Shown in pieces: positions 56,831 through 64,000 of a DNA stretch of 64,000 nt. The stretch is from NCBI GenBank assembly GCA_004293935.1, contig RDZH01000013.1, positions 66,283-130,282 of the forward strand, given 5' to 3'. Origin of the DNA: Alphaproteobacteria bacterium (GTDB lineage Bacteria > Pseudomonadota > Alphaproteobacteria > Rickettsiales > UBA998). Position 1 is the first letter of the stretch; every line of letters begins with the position of its first letter. Made by a program: the position numbers and the translations under genes. The notes below the pieces were generated by a model. It worked only from the letters and a program-made list of their open reading frames with translations. It ran no database searches and was not told the DNA's origin.

Positions 56831-58666
56831 ATGACGATGCAACCCTTTAATCCCTCTATTCGTGTTCTCCCTAATCATCTAGTGAATCAGATTGCCGCAG
56901 GTGAGGTGGTGGAACGCCCCGCGTCTGTGGTAAAGGAATTGATTGAAAATGCCCTTGATGCAGGTGCGACTAATATTGCGATACGCCTAGAAGGGGGAGG
57001 AATACGGCGCATTCATATCTCGGATAATGGGCGGGGTATAGATGCGCCCTCACTGCCCCTTGCCTTGACGCGTCATGCTACGTCTAAATTGCCGTCTGAT
57101 GATTTGGTGCATATTGCGCATCTTGGTTTTCGTGGGGAGGCGTTGCCGTCGATTGCGTCTGTGAGTCGCTTAACGATGCACAGCAGGCAACCAATGAGCG
57201 AACATGGTTGGGCGATCTCGGTGATGGATGGGCTGATGAGTGAGAGTGCGCCTGTTGCATGTGTGCAAGGGACGCATCTATGGGTTGATGATTTATTCTA
57301 TCTTGTGCCAGCGCGCTTGAAGTTTCTTAAAAGTGAAACGGCGGAGTATAGCGCGGTACTGGATGTGGTCAAACGTATGGCCATGGCGCATCCGCATGTT
57401 GCCTTCACGCTGCATCATAATGGTGTGGAAAAACTATCCCTTGATGCACGGCAGGGGGATATGATGGATAGTGTCTTGCCACGGCTGGTTGCATTGATGG
57501 GGCGGGAATGGGGTGAAAATGCCGTGCGTGTGGAGCTACAGCGCGATGCTATGCATCTGCAAGGTTATACATCGCTTCCGACCTATCATCGTGGCACATC
57601 AACGATGCATTATCTTTATGTGAATGGGCGTGCCGTGCGGGATCGGTTGCTGCTTGGTGCGTTGCGTGCTGCCTATCATGATGTGTTGGCGCGGGATAAA
57701 TATCCCGTATGCGCGTTGTTTTTGGATGTTCCCCATGAAGATGTTGATGTGAATGTGCATCCTGCTAAGGCTGAGGTACGGTTTACCAATCAGGCAGCAG
57801 TACGATCATTGATTATTAGTGGTATACGCCGTGCGCTTGAGGGACAATCGCACCGAAGTGCGCATCAAAGCGAACGGGTTGCCTATGCGGCGGGGCGTGC
57901 ATCATCGAACATGCCGATGCATCAACCAGCCTTATCGACCTATGGATGGCAACCGCAAACACGAAGCGCATCACCTTCCGCTATTGCGTTGTGGCATCAG
58001 GTGCAGGATGCCCGCACGCCTACCGTGCCGCTCATGGCACAGGATGTGCATCAGGCAGCATCAGCAGCGATGCCCGCAATCGTGCATCATCCCTTAGGGG
58101 CAGCGGTGGCGCAACTGCATCATACCTATATTGTTGCACAAACGGAGCATGGTATGGTGATGGTGGATCAACATGCCGCGCATGAACGGCTGGTCTATGA
58201 ACGCTTGAAAAAGCAAATGCTGCATGGCGATGTAGCGCGACAAGTGCTGCTCATTCCCGAAGTGATGGAAATGGATGAGGAAGATATTGGACTTTTTATG
58301 GCGCATGAGGCAGAATGGTCACGTTATGGGCTGGTGTGTGAAACGTTTGGGCATGGGGCGATTGTCATTCGTGAAGTACCTGCTTTGTTGCGTGATACCT
58401 CGAGTACGGCTATCATTCGCACCCTTGTCGATGAAATAAAAGAGCATGGTCATAGTGCGTTGTTGCAAGAACGGTTGGAAGCCGTATGCAGTTCTATGGC
58501 GTGCCATGGAAGCATCCGTGCAGGGCGGGCGATGACGCTTGATGAAATGAATGCCTTGTTACGTGCGATGGAAGCAACGCCTTTTTCGGGGCAATGTAAT
58601 CATGGGCGACCTACCTATATTGAATTGAGTCGTAAGGACATTGAAATATTGTTTGGCAGAAAATAA
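56831..58666 (+). CDS. mutL: DNA mismatch repair protein MutL
   Basis: It has the GHKL ATPase motifs VVKELIENALDAGAT and DNGRGI. The C-terminal endonuclease-type domain is present. The ORF track starts at a TTG at 56822. Confidence 0.93.
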   Translation: MTMQPFNPSIRVLPNHLVNQIAAGEVVERPASVVKELIENALDAGATNIAIRLEGGGIRRIHISDNGRGIDAPSLPLALTRHATSKLPSDDLVHIAHLGFRGEALPSIASVSRLTMHSRQPMSEHGWAISVMDGLMSESAPVACVQGTHLWVDDLFYLVPARLKFLKSETAEYSAVLDVVKRMAMAHPHVAFTLHHNGVEKLSLDARQGDMMDSVLPRLVALMGREWGENAVRVELQRDAMHLQGYTSLPTYHRGTSTMHYLYVNGRAVRDRLLLGALRAAYHDVLARDKYPVCALFLDVPHEDVDVNVHPAKAEVRFTNQAAVRSLIISGIRRALEGQSHRSAHQSERVAYAAGRASSNMPMHQPALSTYGWQPQTRSASPSAIALWHQVQDARTPTVPLMAQDVHQAASAAMPAIVHHPLGAAVAQLHHTYIVAQTEHGMVMVDQHAAHERLVYERLKKQMLHGDVARQVLLIPEVMEMDEEDIGLFMAHEAEWSRYGLVCETFGHGAIVIREVPALLRDTSSTAIIRTLVDEIKEHGHSALLQERLEAVCSSMACHGSIRAGRAMTLDEMNALLRAMEATPFSGQCNHGRPTYIELSRKDIEILFGRK

Positions 58667-58737
58667 TTTTTTTCTTGCGCTTAAGGGGGAAAGTAGGTTA
58701 AGGGTATTTTTTATTTTATTAAGTTAAGGGTATGCTT

Positions 58738-59172
58738 ATGTTTAATGATTTCAAAGCATTTATTATGCGTGGTAATGTGCTTGATTTAGCCGTTGGTATT
58801 GTCATGGGGGCTGCGTTCACCTCGATTGTGAACTCATTAGTGGCAGATGTGATTATGCCACCAATCGGCTTTATCATGAATGGTATCGATTTTTCTAACT
58901 TGTTTATTGTGATTAAAGCATCTCCTGAAGGCGTGATGGATTTTGCATCACTTGATGCCGCCAAAAAGGCGGGAGCGATTACTCTGAATATCGGTCTGTT
59001 CATTAATGCGATTATCAACTTTTTAATCGTATCGTTTGCCGTATTTATATTGGTGAAAAATGTCAATAAACTGTACAAAAAAGCAGAAGAAAAACCCGCT
59101 GAACCTGCTGCACCCCCTGCATCAGAAGTGTATTTGAAAGAAATTCGTGATTTGCTTGCGCAAACACGGTAA
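58738..59172 (+). CDS. mscL: Large-conductance mechanosensitive channel
   Basis: It starts MFNDFKAFIMRGNVLDLAVGIVMGAAFTSIVNSLVADVIMPPIG. An alternative ATG lies at 58732. Confidence 0.94.
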   Translation: MFNDFKAFIMRGNVLDLAVGIVMGAAFTSIVNSLVADVIMPPIGFIMNGIDFSNLFIVIKASPEGVMDFASLDAAKKAGAITLNIGLFINAIINFLIVSFAVFILVKNVNKLYKKAEEKPAEPAAPPASEVYLKEIRDLLAQTR

Positions 59173-59200
59173 ATTGATGATGTTGTGCTGAAATGATCCT

Positions 59201-59704
59201 ATGAAATCTTCCTCAACCTCGCCCTTATCTTGTTCGCGTGTAAGGTTTACAGCTATTATTGTGGCTGCTGTGGTGTCGGTGCTGTGTGATCAGATCAGCA
59301 AATATTACTTGCTTTTTGAAGTGGGTCTTATTGATGGACCGCCTGTCACGCTCACCTCCTTTTTCAATCTCGTCATGGTGTGGAATCGTGGCGTGAGTTT
59401 TGGTATGTTTTCAGGCTGGGATGCGAAATGGATGCTCGCTGCGCTTTCGGGTGTTATTTGCTGTACGTTGCTGATTTGGAGTCGTACATTTGATCGGGCA
59501 AAGCTTATCTGTACGGGGGCGATTATTGGTGGGGCAGTGGGCAATGTGATTGATCGTTTTGTCTATGGTGCGGTGGCAGATTTTTTTGATGTGCATGTGG
59601 CAGGATACCATTGGCCCGCGTTTAATGTTGCTGATATGTGTATTGTGTGCGGTGTTTTGATGCTTTTATGGTTGGAAATGCGCACAAAACCAGAAAAATC
59701 TTGA
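59201..59704 (+). CDS. lspA: Lipoprotein signal peptidase (signal peptidase II)
   Basis: 167 aa with 4 TM segments. Motifs are NRGVSFG and GNVIDR...VADFF. Confidence 0.92.
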   Translation: MKSSSTSPLSCSRVRFTAIIVAAVVSVLCDQISKYYLLFEVGLIDGPPVTLTSFFNLVMVWNRGVSFGMFSGWDAKWMLAALSGVICCTLLIWSRTFDRAKLICTGAIIGGAVGNVIDRFVYGAVADFFDVHVAGYHWPAFNVADMCIVCGVLMLLWLEMRTKPEKS

Positions 59705-59904
59705 TCTTCTTGTGCCAATTTTTGCGAAAATCATAGTATCCATAGATGCGCTATGCTAGGGTATGATACCGTTTGCGTATAAGGATTCGTAGCATCTGAA
59801 TGCGAATAAACGGTATATCATATTCAATAATAACTATCTTATCCACACACGATGCTACGCATCTTTATGATAGTTATATGTTTTTATTATCTTAAGGGAC
59901 TACC

Positions 59905-62541
59905 ATGAAGGTTGAAGCTATACGTTTGCGTTTTTTATCTTATTTTGAACAAGAGGGGCATAGTGTCATCACTTCTGCACCGCTTGTACCGCATAATGAT
60001 CCGACGCTGATGTTTGTGAATGCGGGTATGGTACCGTTCAAAAATATCTTTACAGGCAAAGAGCCGCAACCAACCCCTCCGCGTTATGCTTCTGCGCAAA
60101 AATGCGTGCGGGCAGGGGGGAAGCATAATGATTTGGATAATGTGGGCTATACCGCACGTCACCATACGTTTTTTGAAATGATGGGCAATTTCTCGTTTGG
60201 TGATTATTTTAAGGAAGATGCGATTCATCATGCATGGACGTTCCTCACCAAAGAATTGGGATTGAAAAAAGAAAAACTCTATGTCACCGTCTATCATACG
60301 GATGATGAAGCGTTTGATTTATGGAAAAAAATCGCAGGGCTTGATGATGCACGTATTTTGCGCGTGCCGACATCAGATAATTTTTGGTCAATGGGTGATA
60401 CTGGTCCGTGCGGCCCTTGTTCAGAAATCTTCTATGATCATGGTGCGGATGCAGGCGAAGGGCAATGGGCGTTGGACGCACAGGGCAATGATTTATTCGG
60501 GGCGCGCTTTGTTGAAATATGGAATCTCGTATTTATGCAATATGAGCAAGTCGATAAGGATACGCGTATTAATTTACCCAAGCCGTGTGTGGATACGGGT
60601 ATGGGGTTAGAACGTATGGCATCGGTGATGCAGGGCGTGCATAATAATTACCATACGGATGTATTTCAAGAATTGATTCGTGAAGCGCAATTAGTGCTTG
60701 GCACGCCCTATAGTGATCAGCATGTGCCATCCTATCATGTGATTGCGGATCATCTGCGATCATGTAGCTTTTTGATTGCTGATGGTGTCTTGCCTGCCAA
60801 TGAAGGACGGGGCTATGTGCTGCGTCGGATTATGCGCCGTGCGATGCGCCATGCGCATATGTTGGGCGCAAAAACGCCTGTGATGCACCAATTAGTTGGC
60901 GCATTGCAACGGGTGATGGGGGCAGCGTACCCTGAATTGGTGCGTGCGGATGCACTGATTCGTGCGACATTGCGCACTGAAGAAGAACGCTTCCGTGAAA
61001 CGCTGGGGCGTGGCTTGAAATTGCTGGAAGAAGAAAAGAAATCCCTTGCAGTAGGTGGCGTGCTTTCAGGTGATGTAGCATTTAAGCTCTATGATACCTA
61101 TGGTTTTCCACTTGATTTAACGCAAGATATTTTGCGCGGTTCGCAGATGCAGGTAGATGTTGCAGGCTTTGATGCTGCGATGGATGAACAACGTATACGG
61201 GCGCGTGCGGCATGGAAAGGTTCAGGAGCGCACGCGACGGATGCCTTATGGTTTGATCTGCATGAACGCTATGGTGTGACGGAGTTTTTGGGTTACACCC
61301 AAGAACATGCATCGGCATTGGTGCAGAGCATCTTGCGCGATGGGGCGGAAGTGACGGATGCTAAGGCGGGTGATGTGGTGCAGATCATTCTTAACCAAAC
61401 GCCATGCTATGGTGAATCGGGCGGGCAAATTGGTGATGCAGGGCGCATGAGTACCGAGCAGGGGGCAGCGATTGCTATTACGGATACGACTATTCCTGTG
61501 GCAGGATTATATGTGCATCATGCGCGCATTGAGGGTGGATGCCTCCGTGTGGGAGATACCGTAGACGTGCGTATTGATTCTGAACGTAGGGAGCGGATTC
61601 GGGCGAATCACTCAGCAACGCATTTGCTTCATGCAGCATTACGTGCGGTGCTAGGAGAGCATGTATCGCAAAAAGGATCGCTGGTGACGGAAGATAAATT
61701 GCGATTCGATTTTAGCCATAATAGCGCAGTACGTGCCGAAGAAATCCAACGCATTGAAGAGATGGTGAATGCTCAGATTTGGGGCAATAGTGCAGTGACT
61801 ACGCGCATCATGACCCCTGAAGATGCCATGAATGCAGGAGCAATGGCATTATTTGGTGAAAAATATGGCGAGGAAGTGCGCGTATTGAGTATGGGGCATG
61901 ATGCCTATTCCGTGGAATTATGCGGAGGTACACATGTGCAGCGTACAGGCGATATTGGGATGTTTGTCATCACCTCAGAATCGGCGATTGCTGCAGGGGT
62001 GAGGCGTATTGAAGCGGCAACACGCCTTGATGCCTATGCCTTTATGCACCAACAACGTAGCTTAATGATGCAATCCGCACAGATGCTTACGGCAACAACG
62101 GTGGAAGTGCCGGCACGCATCATGGCACTACTTGAAGAACGTAAATCTAGCCAAAAAGAGATGGCGCAATTAAAGCGTGATTTTGCCATGAGTCAAGGTG
62201 GTGAAGTGCAGGAACAGCAGATTGGCGACATTACCATACTGACGCGTCATATGGATGGGCTGCCCGCAAAAGAATTGCGCGCCATTGCCATGGAGTTGAT
62301 GCATGGACGTACCCATACGATTGTAGCACTCACGACGAATGATGAGGGCAAAGGATCGGTTTTGGTAGCGGTATCTGCCGAGGTGCAAGCGCGTTATCCA
62401 GCACCTACATTAGTGCAGATTGCTACACCCATTTTGGGCGGAGCAGGAGGTGGCGGTAAGCCTGATATGGCGCAAGGTGGTGGTGCAGATGGTAGCAAGG
62501 CTAAGGAAGCCTTGGCAGCGATTATTGAGGCATTGCGCTAA
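59905..62541 (+). CDS. alaS: Alanine--tRNA ligase
   Basis: 878 aa. It starts FLSYFEQEGH and has the editing-domain motifs HSATHLLH and CGGTH. Confidence 0.96.
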   Translation: MKVEAIRLRFLSYFEQEGHSVITSAPLVPHNDPTLMFVNAGMVPFKNIFTGKEPQPTPPRYASAQKCVRAGGKHNDLDNVGYTARHHTFFEMMGNFSFGDYFKEDAIHHAWTFLTKELGLKKEKLYVTVYHTDDEAFDLWKKIAGLDDARILRVPTSDNFWSMGDTGPCGPCSEIFYDHGADAGEGQWALDAQGNDLFGARFVEIWNLVFMQYEQVDKDTRINLPKPCVDTGMGLERMASVMQGVHNNYHTDVFQELIREAQLVLGTPYSDQHVPSYHVIADHLRSCSFLIADGVLPANEGRGYVLRRIMRRAMRHAHMLGAKTPVMHQLVGALQRVMGAAYPELVRADALIRATLRTEEERFRETLGRGLKLLEEEKKSLAVGGVLSGDVAFKLYDTYGFPLDLTQDILRGSQMQVDVAGFDAAMDEQRIRARAAWKGSGAHATDALWFDLHERYGVTEFLGYTQEHASALVQSILRDGAEVTDAKAGDVVQIILNQTPCYGESGGQIGDAGRMSTEQGAAIAITDTTIPVAGLYVHHARIEGGCLRVGDTVDVRIDSERRERIRANHSATHLLHAALRAVLGEHVSQKGSLVTEDKLRFDFSHNSAVRAEEIQRIEEMVNAQIWGNSAVTTRIMTPEDAMNAGAMALFGEKYGEEVRVLSMGHDAYSVELCGGTHVQRTGDIGMFVITSESAIAAGVRRIEAATRLDAYAFMHQQRSLMMQSAQMLTATTVEVPARIMALLEERKSSQKEMAQLKRDFAMSQGGEVQEQQIGDITILTRHMDGLPAKELRAIAMELMHGRTHTIVALTTNDEGKGSVLVAVSAEVQARYPAPTLVQIATPILGGAGGGGKPDMAQGGGADGSKAKEALAAIIEALR

Positions 62542-62624
62542 ATTCCCCCCTTCCCATGCGTGATGCGGATCATTAAAGATGCAGAGTGACTTATCGTTCT
62601 TCTTCATCTGATCCGTGTGCGTTC

Positions 62625-64000
62625 ATGCAGCGTCGTGCTTATCATCATGCACTGCGTAGCCATTTCCCAAGTTTTTTGCGGGCGACCTTTCATAGCCTCA
62701 ATCCATCGCAACCTTTTATCCCGAATTGGCATTTGGATGCATTGCACGAAATGATCCGCTATATGGATGCCACGCCTGCATCACGGTTCATTGTTAATAT
62801 GCCACCACGATCGCTGAAATCTTTGGCACTTACTGTGGCATGGAGTGCCTATTTGTTGGGGCGTGATCCTGCCACGAAAATCATCACGGCAAGCTATTCC
62901 TCAGCGATTAGTATCAAACATGCGCTTGATGTGCGCTCGCTTGTGACACAACCATGGTTTATGCACGCCTTCTCAGATTTTCAGATGATGGCAGGGCAAA
63001 ATGAGAAGCATAAATTTGTGACAACAAAGCATGGCTTTCGTCTTGCAACGTCTGTTGGGGGCAGCCTCACGGGGGAAGGGGGCGATGTGATTATCATTGA
63101 TGATCCGCTTAATCCCGCACAAGCGCATTCGGTGCATTATCGTCATCGAGCCAATCAATGGTTTGACCATACGCTTTCATCACGGCTGAATGATAAACAT
63201 CAAGGGCGTATGTTGCTGGTGATGCAACGTCTGCATGAGGATGACCTCACGGGGCATTTACTGCACAAAGGTGGGTGGGAATGTGTGCGATTGCCTGCAC
63301 TAGCGCAACAACCTTTATCCATTGCGATAGGAGATTGGCGTAAAGAAATGGCAGCAGGGGAATTATTACAGCCAAAACGCGAAACCCATGCATTATTAGA
63401 ACAATTACGCCGTGATTTGGGAAGTCATGCTTTTCAAGCGCAATATCTACAACAACCCACGGCGCAGGATGGAGATGTGGTGCGTCAAGAATGGCTTCAT
63501 GAGGTATCGATTATGCCCGATACATTTGACTATACGCTGCAAAGTTGGGATACGGCGATTAAAACAGGGGAGCAGCATGATTATAGTGCGTGTGTAACCA
63601 TTGGTGTATTGGCAGGGATGATGTATATCCGTGATGTGTGGGCGGGGCGCGTTGATTATCCTGAACTGAAGCGTGCTGTGCTTGCTTTGGCGCATCGTTG
63701 GAAGCCCAATGTTGTGCTGATTGAGGATAAAGCAAGTGGGCAATCCTTGCTGCAAGAATTACGCACAGAACCATCACTCACACTAATTCCGATTCAACCG
63801 AAGGGCGATAAACTAACGCGTGTGGCACGCATTACCCCGATGTTGGAAGCAGCACACGTGCTTTTTCCACGTCATGCATCGTGGATGCCAGCTTTGCGCG
63901 ATGAATTATTGCGTTTCCCTCATGCATCCCATGATGATCAGGTGGATGCGCTTGCTCAAGGCGTGCATTGGTGGCGAGAACGCCATGCGGCTATGCAGCC
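62625..64000 (+). CDS. Phage/GTA-type terminase large subunit, partial (runs off the right edge)
   Basis: Absent from the ORF track because there is no stop in the window. My translation is MQRRAYHHALRSHFPSFLRATFHSLNPSQPFIPNWHLDALHEMIRY...NMPPRSLKSLALTVAW...GGDVIIIDDPLNP...LVMQRLHEDDLTG...SWDTAIK...YSACVT...IEDKASGQSL...FPHASHDDQVDALAQG. It shows Walker-A-like, Walker-B, coupling and RNaseH-like nuclease motifs in terminase order. The frame is open from 62577, with an alternative GTG at 62586. Confidence 0.8.
   Translation, partial: MQRRAYHHALRSHFPSFLRATFHSLNPSQPFIPNWHLDALHEMIRYMDATPASRFIVNMPPRSLKSLALTVAWSAYLLGRDPATKIITASYSSAISIKHALDVRSLVTQPWFMHAFSDFQMMAGQNEKHKFVTTKHGFRLATSVGGSLTGEGGDVIIIDDPLNPAQAHSVHYRHRANQWFDHTLSSRLNDKHQGRMLLVMQRLHEDDLTGHLLHKGGWECVRLPALAQQPLSIAIGDWRKEMAAGELLQPKRETHALLEQLRRDLGSHAFQAQYLQQPTAQDGDVVRQEWLHEVSIMPDTFDYTLQSWDTAIKTGEQHDYSACVTIGVLAGMMYIRDVWAGRVDYPELKRAVLALAHRWKPNVVLIEDKASGQSLLQELRTEPSLTLIPIQPKGDKLTRVARITPMLEAAHVLFPRHASWMPALRDELLRFPHASHDDQVDALAQGVHWWRERHAAMQ

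Overview
The window is a gene-dense chromosomal segment that looks alphaproteobacterial. Supporting signs are the dcw head mraZ-rsmH-ftsL-ftsI-murE, glnE, an ExoD-family gene, and GTA/phage-type NlpC and terminase genes. GC is moderate, and I cannot assign a genus. About 50 of roughly 60 credible CDS are housekeeping: dxs, rho, fabD, mazG, metX, nusB, rpmB, glnE, gatB, gltA, secF, ribF, rplI, pal, ndk, purM, spoT, rseP, dxr, typA, rpsM-rpsK-rpoA-rplQ, mutL, mscL, lspA and alaS. Several classical operons are broken up. Intergenic DNA is full of nested palindromic repeats, which I group into at least three families plus a rarer modular family. I found no rRNA, tRNA, CRISPR array, transposase or integrase. 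I also found no convincing multi-gene novel system. The best leads are: (1) an AT-rich islet with an orphan 296-aa protein whose C-terminus looks like an Mrr/PD-(D/E)xK nuclease core (20793-21683); (2) a second orphan gene (11984-12532) bracketed by the same rare repeat modules; (3) two tandem paralogous membrane-protein genes, each with a duplicated promoter and upstream operator-like block and apparently leaderless (8965-10475); (4) a three-gene module of unknown protein, ECF sigma factor and an anti-sigma domain fused to a YfbK-like vWA protein (16185-19797); (5) a predicted mra promoter with 10-bp-phased TTGGG repeats and an inverted pair of perfect DnaA boxes (4100-4400); (6) dispersed phage/GTA-type genes, namely an orphan NlpC/P60 at 5482 and a large terminase running off the right edge from 62625. 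All functional calls rest on motif recognition by eye in the supplied translations. None has been checked against a database.
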